Shown here: in pieces, positions 10,817 to 25,793 of the stretch
Position numbering within the stretch: position 1 is the stretch's first letter
Layout: each line of letters begins with the position of its first letter
DNA from: an uncultured delta proteobacterium
GTDB taxonomy: Bacteria > Myxococcota > Kuafuiibacteriia > Kuafuiibacteriales > Kuafuiibacteriaceae
Direction: 5' to 3'
Assembly (NCBI GenBank): GCA_963803435.1
Contig: CAWDML010000009.1
Location: 1,753,510-1,817,509 of the forward strand
Length of the DNA: 64,000 nucleotides
Made by a program: the position numbers and the translations under genes
Notes under the pieces: model-generated
The model's input: only the letters and a program-made list of their open reading frames with translations
Databases searched by the model: none
Told to the model about the DNA's origin: nothing

Positions 10817-11550
10817 CGGGCCCTCCTCAAGAGCAGCACGGTCACCAGATACGAGACCAGGATCGTCACGAAGAGCACCGCCAGCCCGCCCACGACCGTG
10901 CTCCATTCGGTCTTCGCGGCGCGCAGCTGCTCGAGGATCGAGTACGACCAGTAGACCGGCATCGCGTGGCGGACGGCGTCGGTCCAGCCGCTGAAGCGCT
11001 CGCCGATCACGAAGTCGGAGAAGAGGATCTGGGGGATCACCACCAGCGGCACCGCCATCACCGCCTTGTCGGCGCTCCTGACGCTCGCAGAGATGAGGAG
11101 ACCGATCGCGGTGCCGGCCAGCGCCGTCGGGATCAGCGCCGCCGCCACCCACCACACCTGAACGTGCATCGCGATCTCCGAGCGCACGATCCCCGCCAGC
11201 GCCGTGGCGGCCAGCACCATCACGATCGCCTGCACGCGGAGCTTCGAGAGCACATAGGAGCCGACCGAGAGGTTGAACATGCGCTCGCGCAGGAAGAGGT
11301 CGCGCTCCTTGACGATCTCGCGCGACGCGTTGATCGCGCCCAGGAAGAAGGCCGAGAGGGAGAGGACGAAGTAGAGCGCCAGCGAGTCGTTGTCGACGTT
11401 CGACCAGACGCCTGCGATCAGGAGCCCGATGAGCGGCGCCTGGACGGCGAGGAGGAGCAGCGTGGGCAGATCGCCGAGGAGCACGTCGAGGTACCGGTCG
11501 GCCAGGATCGCGGTCTGGCGTCGATCGACGGAGAACACGCTCCCTCTCAT
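10810..11550 (-). CDS. ABC-2 (ABCG-type) transporter permease
   Basis: About six TM helices. REIVKERDLFLRERM and PQILFS motifs. Confidence 0.85.
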   Translation of the reverse strand: MRGSVFSVDRRQTAILADRYLDVLLGDLPTLLLLAVQAPLIGLLIAGVWSNVDNDSLALYFVLSLSAFFLGAINASREIVKERDLFLRERMFNLSVGSYVLSKLRVQAIVMVLAATALAGIVRSEIAMHVQVWWVAAALIPTALAGTAIGLLISASVRSADKAVMAVPLVVIPQILFSDFVIGERFSGWTDAVRHAMPVYWSYSILEQLRAAKTEWSTVVGGLAVLFVTILVSYLVTVLLLRRARW

Positions 11551-12384
11551 CTAGACACTCCCTGCGCGCTGTCCAGGAAGCGGCGGGGGCGGCCGCGAGA
11601 GCCGCTCCACCACGTAGGTCCGATGGAGCGGAGAGGCGAGAAACCGCGTGACCCAGCGCTCGGCGCCGTCCTTGGCCAGCACCCGATACATCTCGGCGGC
11701 GTCGGTGGCGCCGAAGAAGGCCGGCGCGTCCCGGGGTGGGCCGACGTAGACCACCCTGCCCTTCGTCATCACCACCGCCAGGTCGGCGCGATCCAGCGAC
11801 GCGGTGATGTGCGTGGTCACCAGCGTCAGCCGGTCCTCCGTGGTGAGCGCGCGGAACAGATCCATCATCTGCTCCTCGAGGGCCGGATCGAGGCCACTGG
11901 TCGGCTCGTCGAGGAACATCAACGGCGGCTCCGCGAGCAGCTCCACCGCGATCGACACCCGCTTTCGCTGGCCGCCCGAGAGATTCTTCACCTTGACCTT
12001 CCTCCGGTCGGACAGCCCGACGGCGGCGAGCGCGCGCAGGACCGCGCGATCGGCGGCCTGCTGGTCGGCGCTCTCGAGCCGGAGCCTCGCCGAGTAGGTC
12101 AGCGTCTTCTCGACCGAGAGCGCCCGATGGACCACGTCGTCCTGCGGCACGAAGCCGATCAACCGCTTCAGCCCGTCCACCTCCCGATACAAGTCGCGGC
12201 CGCAGATCCGGACCTCGCCGGCGCCCGGCGCGATCGCGGTCATCGCCCGCAACAACGTCGACTTCCCGCAACCCGACGGTCCCAGCAGCGCTACCAGCTC
12301 ACCGCTCTCGAAGCAGAGATCGATCCCGTGCAGGATGCCTTCGACCGAGAGCCGGCGCACGTCGACGCGATACCGCGGGGCCAT
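11551..12384 (-). CDS. ABC transporter ATP-binding protein (ABCG-like)
   Basis: Walker A GPSGCGKST, signature LSGGQRKR, Walker B FLDEPTSGLD, FVPQDD Q-loop. Confidence 0.92.
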   Translation of the reverse strand: MAPRYRVDVRRLSVEGILHGIDLCFESGELVALLGPSGCGKSTLLRAMTAIAPGAGEVRICGRDLYREVDGLKRLIGFVPQDDVVHRALSVEKTLTYSARLRLESADQQAADRAVLRALAAVGLSDRRKVKVKNLSGGQRKRVSIAVELLAEPPLMFLDEPTSGLDPALEEQMMDLFRALTTEDRLTLVTTHITASLDRADLAVVMTKGRVVYVGPPRDAPAFFGATDAAEMYRVLAKDGAERWVTRFLASPLHRTYVVERLSRPPPPLPGQRAGSV

Positions 12385-14307
12385 CTACTGATCGAACGAC
12401 ACGAAGTCTTCTTCGCGGACCTCGATCGCAGGCGTGTCGGGATCGCGGCGGCCGTCCGGCGGAGCACTCTCGGGCGACAGATAGTTCACCGGCACCTGCG
12501 TCACGTGGAAGACGCCGTAGCGCTCGAGGGCGCCGTCGGGGACCTGCCCGAAGATCACGTCGATGGTGTTGTTGCCCTTGCCGAAGCCGCGATCGAGCGT
12601 CTCCACCAGCGTGATGTTGCTGACCCGGAAGTCGTAGCAGCTCCGCTGATCGGTGGTCACGCCCAGATCGGTGATCCGGTAGCGATACGCCAGCTCGGAG
12701 CGGACCTGGGCGTCGTTGCTGAGCGCGTCGGTGTGCGCGCTGATCTCGCGGCCGTTGTTGACGCCGTCCAGGTCGATGTCGTCGAGGTTGTCGTTGAACA
12801 ACGGGTTGGTGCCGGCGCGGAACTCGATCTGATCGGGGAAGCCGTCCGCGTCCGTATCGAAGAGCGTCTTGTCGGTTCCGAGGAGCTTCTCCTCGCAGTC
12901 GTGCAGGCCGTCGCCGTCGGTGTCGACGGTGGGATCCTCGCAGTCCGGCAGCACGGTCGGCGTCAGCGGATCGAGGTTCAGCGTGCGGAGCAGATGCTCC
13001 AGCCGATCGTTGTAGTAGTCGCCGTCGGTGTCCTCGCTCTGTGGCGAGAGCCCGAGCTCGATCTCCTCCTCGTCCGAGAGGCCGTCGCCGTCGCTGTCGG
13101 GGACGAAGCCGTTCTCGGTGGCGATGGCGTTGCGGTTGAAGGCGAGGAACTCCTTCAGCACGAACAGCCGCTGCGTGCTGCGGAAGTCGATCTTCGAGAG
13201 GTTGATCTGGTCGGGGTACGCGAAGCGCTCGTAGCGGCCGCCGGTGGCGAGGGCCATCCCCAGCCCGATCCGCTCCGCCCGACAGAAGATCCGGCAGTCG
13301 TTCTCGCAGACCCCGTTGCCCGCGTTGCATCCGTAGGGGTAGGCCGGATCCGAACAATCCATGGTGCGGCCGTCGTGATCGTTGTCCAGACCGTCGAAGC
13401 AGCTGAACTCGCCGCTGGCGCACGAGTTGATCATGCTGCCGTCCGGGAGCGTGCTCTGGGCGCAGATCCCGTTCGGCGCCGTGCAGTCGGCGTCCACGTT
13501 GCAGAGCTGCGCGCATCGCCCGCTGTCGAGCCGGGCCCCGGTCTGGACGCAGGCCAGACCCGCGGCGCCGTTGCAGGCCGCCGCCCCGTCCCGCGGATCG
13601 CAGGGCGCGCCCTGGACGTGGGGCGGCTCGATGAAGATCGAGTGGAACACGAACTCCGCCGCGCCCAGCGAGAGCACCTGGTCGCGGAGCTTGCGGACCA
13701 GATCCTCGAAGTACGCGGGCTCGCAGTCCGCCGGCCGCGGCATCAGGTTGTCGCACTTGTTGTTGCCGATGGCCGGGACCGGAGAGGCCGACATGATGTG
13801 AACGACCACGTACTTTGTGCGCGACAAGGGCCCGAGATCAGCCTGGAAAGCGTCACCGGTGATGATGCTGCGGGCCAGCGACATCGCGCTGTCGAGATCG
13901 CGCCCGCCGCCCGAGTTGCGGAGTTGGACGATCGCCTGATCGAGCATCGCCGGGTCGCGCGTGTAGCCCGAGTTGACGGTGCCGACCTGCTCGCTCACCA
14001 GCGTGGTCGCATCATCGCCATACTTGATCACGCCGAGGAAGACGTTGGCGATGGGCAGGAACTGGCTGATGGTCTGCTCGATCGCGTTGACCTGCTCGCC
14101 GCCGGCCGCCGTGTCGAACATCTGCCCGCTGCCGTCGACGATAAAGAGGATCTTCACCGGAAACTGGCGCGTCGCCGGGTTGTCGGTGCACAGCGTCGCG
14201 ACCACGCCCATCTTGTCGACGAGCTGAGGCGCCTGACCGACCTTCCCGTAGAGGTTCACATCGGTACAGGCGCACAGCGCGACGAGCGCGAGGAGTCGAA
14301 GGCGCAT
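12385..14307 (-). CDS. vWA + thrombospondin type-3 repeat lipoprotein, MtsD/CglD-like
   Basis: LCAC lipobox. FPVKILFIVDGSGQM vWA start, a Cys-rich insert, and Ca-binding DxDxDG repeats (DSDGDGLSD, DTDGDYYND, DTDGDGLHD, DTDADGFPD, DIDLDGVNN). Confidence 0.75.
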   Translation of the reverse strand: MRLRLLALVALCACTDVNLYGKVGQAPQLVDKMGVVATLCTDNPATRQFPVKILFIVDGSGQMFDTAAGGEQVNAIEQTISQFLPIANVFLGVIKYGDDATTLVSEQVGTVNSGYTRDPAMLDQAIVQLRNSGGGRDLDSAMSLARSIITGDAFQADLGPLSRTKYVVVHIMSASPVPAIGNNKCDNLMPRPADCEPAYFEDLVRKLRDQVLSLGAAEFVFHSIFIEPPHVQGAPCDPRDGAAACNGAAGLACVQTGARLDSGRCAQLCNVDADCTAPNGICAQSTLPDGSMINSCASGEFSCFDGLDNDHDGRTMDCSDPAYPYGCNAGNGVCENDCRIFCRAERIGLGMALATGGRYERFAYPDQINLSKIDFRSTQRLFVLKEFLAFNRNAIATENGFVPDSDGDGLSDEEEIELGLSPQSEDTDGDYYNDRLEHLLRTLNLDPLTPTVLPDCEDPTVDTDGDGLHDCEEKLLGTDKTLFDTDADGFPDQIEFRAGTNPLFNDNLDDIDLDGVNNGREISAHTDALSNDAQVRSELAYRYRITDLGVTTDQRSCYDFRVSNITLVETLDRGFGKGNNTIDVIFGQVPDGALERYGVFHVTQVPVNYLSPESAPPDGRRDPDTPAIEVREEDFVSFDQ

Positions 14308-14420
14308 CGCTCCCCGACTATAGCGGAGCGCCCGAGCGCAAAGGAGTGGGAGGCGGTCTTACTCGAGCGGCCGCCCGCGCGGGTCGCGGGTGGCAGAGGT
14401 CTCTGGCTATGATGGGGCCC

Positions 14421-15491
14421 ATGCGGCTCGGCCCCTGGCTGCTCGCGCTCGCCTCGCTGTCCACGGCCTGCGCCCAGGACAACCAGGAGGGCCTGGACGC
14501 CGGCAGCGGTGACGGATCGGTCGCGCCGATCTGGGTCGTCGAGCCGGGCATCCCCACCAAGGAGGACCTGCTCTCGGTGTGGGGATACGACGCCGAGAAC
14601 ATCTTCGCCGTCGGCTTCAGCGGCACGGTCCTCCACTACGACGGCCTCGCCTGGAACATCGAGTCGGTGAGCGCCACGGTTCCGCTCACCTCGGTGCACG
14701 GCCTTCCGAAGGACACCGCGATGGATCCGCCGCCGCCCCTCACGGGTCCCGTGTTCGCGGTCGGATGGGACGGGACGATCCTCATGCGCGATCACGCGAG
14801 CGCCACCTGGATCGACGCCGCGCCCTCCTCCACCGTCGGCGAGGATCTGTTCGGCGTCCGCATCGGCGCCGACGACAGCGCGATCGCGGTGGGCGACGTG
14901 GGCCGCCTCATGGTCTGGGACGGCACCACCTGGGCGCCCAAACGCTTCCGTGTGCCGGGCGAGTTCACCGGATCGCTGATCGAGCCCAAGACCTCCCTCA
15001 AGGGCGTGTGGACTCGCGACGGCCGGCGCTATTACATCAGCGGCGCCGCCGGCGCGGCCTATCGATCCGACAACGGTTACGCCTCGTTCGAGAGCATCGA
15101 CACCCGGGACCCCGAGCCCCTCCGCGGCATCTGGGGCATCAACTACGGCGACGTCTACGCGGTCGGCCTCTCCGGCAAGATCCTCCACTTCGATCCGAAC
15201 GGCGATCCACCGTGGCGCCGCGTTCGCAACAACGGCGCCGAGGACCTCCCGAGCGTCTTCTTCTTCGGCATCGACGGCACCGGCGGCAACGACATCACGA
15301 TCGTGGGCTGGCGCGGCACCGCCGTCCGCTACGCCGAGGGCGCGTGGACCATCGAGCCCACGGGCGTCGACGCCGACCTCAGGAGCGTGTGGATCGATCC
15401 CGAGACCCAGGTCGCCTACGCCGTCGGCGCCTCCGGCACGGTGATCCGCCGCGATCCGCCGCCGCCGGCGGAGACCGACGCGGGGATGTAG
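14421..15491 (+). CDS. WD40/YVTN/BNR-like repeat lipoprotein
   Basis: MRLGPWLLALASLSTAC lipobox. Repeats LxxVWG...(F/Y)AVGxxGx(V/I)LH(Y/F)D. Paralog-like to 9438..10346. Confidence 0.8.
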   Translation: MRLGPWLLALASLSTACAQDNQEGLDAGSGDGSVAPIWVVEPGIPTKEDLLSVWGYDAENIFAVGFSGTVLHYDGLAWNIESVSATVPLTSVHGLPKDTAMDPPPPLTGPVFAVGWDGTILMRDHASATWIDAAPSSTVGEDLFGVRIGADDSAIAVGDVGRLMVWDGTTWAPKRFRVPGEFTGSLIEPKTSLKGVWTRDGRRYYISGAAGAAYRSDNGYASFESIDTRDPEPLRGIWGINYGDVYAVGLSGKILHFDPNGDPPWRRVRNNGAEDLPSVFFFGIDGTGGNDITIVGWRGTAVRYAEGAWTIEPTGVDADLRSVWIDPETQVAYAVGASGTVIRRDPPPPAETDAGM

Positions 15492-15495
15492 CGCC

Positions 15496-16818
15496 TCACA
15501 GCCCGTGCTTCTTGATGAGCTTATGTAAGTACTTGCGGTCCATGCGGGCCGCGCGGGCGGCGGCGCTGACGTTGCTGTGGTGCTGCTCGAGCAGCCAGGC
15601 AACGTAGGATCGCTCCCGCTCGTCGAGCCACTTCTCCTTGGAGTCGGAGAAGCTGAGCGACGGATCGAAGGGCAGATCGCTCTTCGGTCGATCCGACTTG
15701 GGCGCTCCCGGCTGGAGGCCCTGAATCTCGAGCCGCGCGCCGGGGCGGACCGCCGAGAGGAGCACGGCCCGCTCGATCGCGTTCTTGAGCTCGCGGACGT
15801 TGCCCGGCCAGTCGTGGCTGGTGAGGCGATCCATAGTGGATGCGTTGACCGCCAGCTTCGGCATGTCGCGGACGCGGGCCATCTCTTCGAGGAAGTGCTC
15901 GACCAGGATCGGGATGTCCTCAGCGCGCTCGCGGAGCGGCGGGATCCGGAGCGTGATCACCGAGAGCCGGAAGTAGAGATCCTCGCGGAAGGCGCCGCGC
16001 TCGACCTCGCGTCCCAGGTTGCGGCGCGTGGCGGCGACGACGCGCATGTCGATCGGCATGGGGGCCGAGCCGCCGATGCGGCGGACCTCGCGGGCGTCGA
16101 GGACGCGGAGCAGCTTGGGCTGCAGCTCGAGCTCCAGCTCGCCGAGCTCGTCGATGAAGGCGGTGCCCGAGTTGGCCAGCTCGAACGCGCCGGCGCGCTC
16201 GCTGTACGCGCCGGAGAAGGCGCCCTTCTCGTGACCGAAGAGCTCCGACTCCACCAGCTGGCGCTGAACGGCGCCGCAGTCGACCACCACGTACGGGCCG
16301 CTCTTGCGGAGCGAAGCCTGATGGATCGCCTTCGCGATCTGTCCCTTGCCGGTGCCCGTCTCGCCTTCGACGAGGACGGTGGCGTCGGTCTCGGCGATCC
16401 GCGCGATCATCCCGAACAGCCTGCGCATCGAAACGGATCGTCCGATCACCGGACCGAATCGATCCGAGTCCCACAGCGGGATGTCAAAGTCCTGCCGCTC
16501 CGGGATGAACGCGATCTCGACGCGGCCGGCCATCAACACGGTGCCGGCTTCGATCGGCGCCTCCTGGATCCGCGCGCCCTGCAGAAAGGTGCCGTTGGTG
16601 GAGCCGAGATCGACCAGCAGCCAGCGGTCGGCGCCCTGCCGCGTGATGCGGAGATGCCGCCGGGAGACCGTGCCGTCCGTGAGGACCAGATCGCAGTCGG
16701 ACATCTTTCCGACGGTGACGACATCCCGATCGACGCTGCAGGTCTTCCCGGCATCCGGACCGTTCTTCACGGTCAGCATCAGCCGCCAAATGCTGCCCTG
16801 GCCCTGGGGTTCCGGCAT
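15496..16818 (-). CDS. FHA-domain sigma54-dependent enhancer-binding protein
   Basis: FHA (GK...TVSRRH...DLGSTNGT), Walker [39 protein letters not shown]-terminal Fis-type HTH. Confidence 0.92.
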   Translation of the reverse strand: MPEPQGQGSIWRLMLTVKNGPDAGKTCSVDRDVVTVGKMSDCDLVLTDGTVSRRHLRITRQGADRWLLVDLGSTNGTFLQGARIQEAPIEAGTVLMAGRVEIAFIPERQDFDIPLWDSDRFGPVIGRSVSMRRLFGMIARIAETDATVLVEGETGTGKGQIAKAIHQASLRKSGPYVVVDCGAVQRQLVESELFGHEKGAFSGAYSERAGAFELANSGTAFIDELGELELELQPKLLRVLDAREVRRIGGSAPMPIDMRVVAATRRNLGREVERGAFREDLYFRLSVITLRIPPLRERAEDIPILVEHFLEEMARVRDMPKLAVNASTMDRLTSHDWPGNVRELKNAIERAVLLSAVRPGARLEIQGLQPGAPKSDRPKSDLPFDPSLSFSDSKEKWLDERERSYVAWLLEQHHSNVSAAARAARMDRKYLHKLIKKHGL

Positions 16819-16958
16819 TTTCGACGATGCGCATCGTACCCGGAAGATTTCGCTCCGAGAATCCGTTTGACTCTGCGCGCACGGGGGTTAGTACTCGCCG
16901 CGCCCGAAACCCAACGCGCATCATGATTTGCGCAGTTTACTGAGTATGGGAGGGTGAC

Positions 16959-17944
16959 GTGCCGATCATCGAAGTCAAAGGCCTCACCAAGCACTACGGC
17001 AACGTAAAGGCCCTGAAGGGCATCACGTTTCAGGTGGAGAAAGGCGAGATCATCGGGCTCCTCGGCCCGAACGGCGCCGGCAAGACCACCACCATGAAGC
17101 TCCTGACCGGCTACCTCCAGCCCACGGAGGGGACGGCCGTCGTCGCCGGTCACGACGTCGTGGAGGAGACGCTGGCGGTCCGGGCCATCCTCGGCTACCT
17201 GCCCGAAAACGCGCCGCTGTACCTGGACATGGCCGTTCAGGAGTACCTGCTGATGATGGCGGATCTCCGCCGGATCCCGCAGGAGCAGCAGAAGAGTCTG
17301 CTCTCGGACGCCATCTACAGCGCCGGGATCGAAGGCAAGCTGACGCAGCAGCTCGGCTCGCTCTCCAAGGGCTATCGCCAGCGCGTCTGCCTCGCGCAGG
17401 CGATCCTGCACAAGCCCAAGGTCCTGATCCTCGACGAGCCCACCAACGGGCTCGACCCCACGCAGATCATCGAGATGCGCTCGCTGATCGAGCGCCTGGC
17501 CGAGAATGCGACGGTCATGGTCTCGACGCACATCCTCTCCGAGGTCGAGGCCACCTGCGATCGCGCCATCATCATCATGGAGGGCCAGATCAAGGCCGAC
17601 GCCCGCCTCGACGAGCTCACCTCGAGCAGCGCCGCGGTGGTGTCGGTCGAGAAGACCGCCACCAACGTGGAGGCCGCCCTCTCCACCGTCGGCGGCATCC
17701 GCGGGGTCAAGCAGGAAGGCCTCCAGGACGGAGGTCATCCCGCGGAGCCAGGATGGCGAGAGCGGGAAGGGCTCGGCAACGGCTACGTCCGCTACCGCGT
17801 CACCGGCGAGAAAGACATGAACCTGTGTCCCGCCATCTACGACGTCGCGCGCCAGATGAACTGGCGCCTGGCTGAGCTCCGGCCCGAGCATCGCACACTC
17901 GAGTCGGTCTTCCGTGAGCTCGCTGAGCGAGGAGGTCTCTCGGC

Positions 17945-17948
<4 letters not shown>
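16959..17948 (+). CDS. ABC transporter ATP-binding protein, GldA-like
   Basis: GPNGAGKTT, LSKGYRQR, LDEPTNGLDP. RBS GGAGG upstream of the GTG. Confidence 0.9.
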
Positions 17949-20917
<2,969 letters not shown>

Positions 20918-20919
20918 CG

Positions 20920-21924
20920 ATGAACAAGACGAACACGATCCTGGCCGGCGCGCTGGTCCTCCAGGCGCTGATCATCATGGGCATGCGGCTGGGCGGCGAT
21001 CAGCACGTGGTCGCCCAGTCGGTCGCGCTCCTCGACAACTACGATGCGGACAAGGTGACCAAGATCCACATCGACGGCGCCACCAAGGAGAAGGACGGGC
21101 CGCCGCCCGAGTCGGTCACCCTGGAGAAGAACGGCTCCACCTGGGGCATCTCGACCGCCGACAACTTCCCCGCCGATCAGGAGAAGGTCTCCGAGTTCCT
21201 GAAGAAGCTGGCGAAGATGAACTACCGGAACCGCGTGGTGACGTCGTCGAAGTACCACGACAAGCTCGAGGTCGCGGCCGACAAGTACCAGCGCAAGGTC
21301 ACCATCACCCAGGACGGCAAGGACCGCGTCTTCTATGTGGGCACCTCGCCCAGCTTCAAGGCGCTGCACGTGCGGCTCGACGGCAGCGACGACGTCCTCC
21401 TCGCCAACGAGGTCTCGTCGAGCGACTTCTCCGAGCGGGCGTGGGGCTGGGTTGATCGCGCCTATGTCAAGCACGACGCCAAGGACGTCTGGGCGCTCAC
21501 CATCACGAACGAGAAGGGCGACATTCAGATCGAGAAGAATCCGCAGGACTCGAGCTGGCTGGCCGCCGGCATCACCGGTCCGCTCAAGAAGACGGTCGTC
21601 GACGATCTGGTGCGCAAGGCGGGCCAGATGAACCTCGAGGAGCCGATCGGCAAGGCGGTCAAGCCCGAGTACGAGCTGGGCAAGCTGGCGACGATCACGC
21701 TGGTCACCGGGACCTCCACCATCGCGGGCGCACCGCCGCCGAAGACCGATACCACCACCATCCAGATCGGCAAGAAGCTCGAGAAGGAGAACCGGTACTA
21801 CGTGAAGGCGTCGACGTCGGACTACGTGGTGGAGGTCGCCGGCTGGGCAATCGATCCGCTGGTGCAGAAGACGAAGGCGGACCTCGTCGAGCCTCCGAAG
21901 AAGGACGACGAGAAGAAGAAGTAA
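20920..21924 (+). CDS. DUF4340-like protein (usual partner of GldAFG-like ABC systems)
   Basis: N-terminal TM, W-x(5-7)-FPAD motif with an internal two-fold repeat, operon position. Confidence 0.7.
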   Translation: MNKTNTILAGALVLQALIIMGMRLGGDQHVVAQSVALLDNYDADKVTKIHIDGATKEKDGPPPESVTLEKNGSTWGISTADNFPADQEKVSEFLKKLAKMNYRNRVVTSSKYHDKLEVAADKYQRKVTITQDGKDRVFYVGTSPSFKALHVRLDGSDDVLLANEVSSSDFSERAWGWVDRAYVKHDAKDVWALTITNEKGDIQIEKNPQDSSWLAAGITGPLKKTVVDDLVRKAGQMNLEEPIGKAVKPEYELGKLATITLVTGTSTIAGAPPPKTDTTTIQIGKKLEKENRYYVKASTSDYVVEVAGWAIDPLVQKTKADLVEPPKKDDEKKK

Positions 21925-21933
21925 CGAACGGCC

Positions 21934-23256
<1,323 letters not shown>

Positions 23257-23269
23257 CTATGGCCGCAGA

Positions 23270-24140
23270 ATGACGATCCTCGCCGGAAGAGTGGCGCTGG
23301 TGACGGGAGCCGGCTCGGGGATCGGCCGCGAGCACGCCCTCCAGCTGGCCCAGGCGGGCGCGCACGTGGTGGTCAACGACCTCGGGGGCGCCCGCGATGG
23401 TTCGGGGCGTTCGAACGTGGCCGACGCCGTGGTCGAGGAGATCGCCGCCGCCGGTGGCAAGGCCGTCCCGAGCTACGACTCGGTCGCCACCCTCGAGGGC
23501 GCGCAGCGCATGGTGTGGACCGCGATGAACCGCTTCGGCCGCCTCGACATCGTCGTCAACAACGCCGGCATCCTGCGCGACAAGACGTTGCTCAATCTCA
23601 GCGAGGAGGACTTCGAAGCCGTGGTCGACGTGCACCTCAAGGGCACGTTCCTGGTGACGCAGTCGGCGGCGCGACAGATGAAGGTGCAAGGTCAGGGCGG
23701 TCGCATCATCAACACCAGCTCGGTGTCAGGCCTGATCGGCAACTTCGGCCAGACCAACTACGCCGCGGCCAAGGCCGGCATCTACGGCATGACGCGGGTG
23801 TGGTCAATCGAGCTCGCCAAGATCGGGGTGACCGTCAACGCCGTGGCGCCGGTGGCGCTGACCCGGATGACCGAGGACCTTCCGATCATGCAGCACCGGG
23901 CGGCCGAGGAGATCGGCCCGCACCACATCGCCCCGCTCGTCGTCTTCCTCGCCTCCGACCTGGCGAAGGACATCACCGGCCGCGTCTTCGGCGTCGAGGG
24001 TACCCGGCTGTTCGAGTACGGAATGGCGACCTCTCGGGGGGTCGAACGGGACGCGCCGTGGACGCCTGAAGAGAATCGGAGCGCGCCTCGGCGACATTGC
24101 GCTCGAGCAGACGAGCCCCGCTCGGGACCGCAACCGCTAG
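23270..24140 (+). CDS. SDR-family oxidoreductase (HSD17B4/hydroxyacyl-CoA dehydrogenase-like); frameshift at ~24074
   Basis: TGAGSGIG, VVVNDLGG, NNAGILRD, YAAAK. Removing one A from GAATC (24073-24077) restores WTPEEIGARLGDI...* ending at TAG 24138-24140. Confidence 0.88.
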
Positions 24141-24161
24141 GTCGGTGAGGCCAGAGAGTCG

Positions 24162-24344
24162 TTAGAGGTCAATCCGGATCGGGCCCCGCTGCTGCTCCTC
24201 CTCCTCTTCGTCTTTGGTCTCAGGGGACTCGTGTTCCGGCGCCTCATGAGGGATCTCGATGCGGAGGCGGGGACGAGCGGCCTCATCACGCCGGCGCTCC
24301 TCCTCCTGCTTCTTGATCTCCTCGATGATGTACGCGTCGAGCAC
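24162..24344 (-). CDS. Small acidic hypothetical protein (60 aa)
   Basis: GTG start MLDAYIIEEIKKQEEERRR...RGPIRIDL, a pattern I recall from small myxobacterial proteins. Confidence 0.6.
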   Translation of the reverse strand: MLDAYIIEEIKKQEEERRRDEAARPRLRIEIPHEAPEHESPETKDEEEEEQQRGPIRIDL

Positions 24345-24406
24345 GTCTGATTCATGTTCGGTCCGGGGCAGGACCAACGCAAGTTTGGGGATAACCCATA
24401 GGTAGC

Positions 24407-25378
<972 letters not shown>

Positions 25379-25383
25379 CAACC

Positions 25384-25793
25384 TTACCGCTTCCCCTCGC
25401 TTCCGAGCTTCGTCAGGAACTCCTGAGGAAGTCGAACAACCCGTCCGTCGACACCAAGGCAAGCATGTCTGGTCTCGCCGGTTGCAATCAAGCTTTCATC
25501 GGAAACGAGCGTGAGGCGGTAGGTCATTCGCACCGTGCTGAATCGGACCTCCGACAACGTGGTCTCGAGCACGAGCTCGTCGTCATAGCGCGCCGGGGCG
25601 TGGTAGCGCGCCGATGCGCTCACCACCGGCAGAGCAAATCCACTCTTCTCGAATTCCTTGTACGGGAAGCCGGCCGCCCGGAGGAACTCGCTCCGGCCCG
25701 CCTCGAAGTAGCGAAAGTAGTTCGCGTAATACACGACGCCCATCTGATCGGTGTCGCCGAAATCGGGCGGAACGTGTGCCGGTGGGTCAACAT
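25384..25793 (-). CDS. Acyl-CoA thioesterase (YbgC/FadM family); one base missing at ~25761
   Basis: DTDQMGVVYYANYFRYFEAGR motif. An ATG overlapping the hom stop gives MLTHRHTFRPIFGDTDQ once one base is restored. Confidence 0.85.

Noticed and set aside
10966-14412. Very long antisense ORFs (also 199..2103, 17837..20506, 28105..31371, 36388..39060)
   Set aside because: Typical stop-poor shadow frames of high-GC genes. The opposite strand carries the recognisable proteins.
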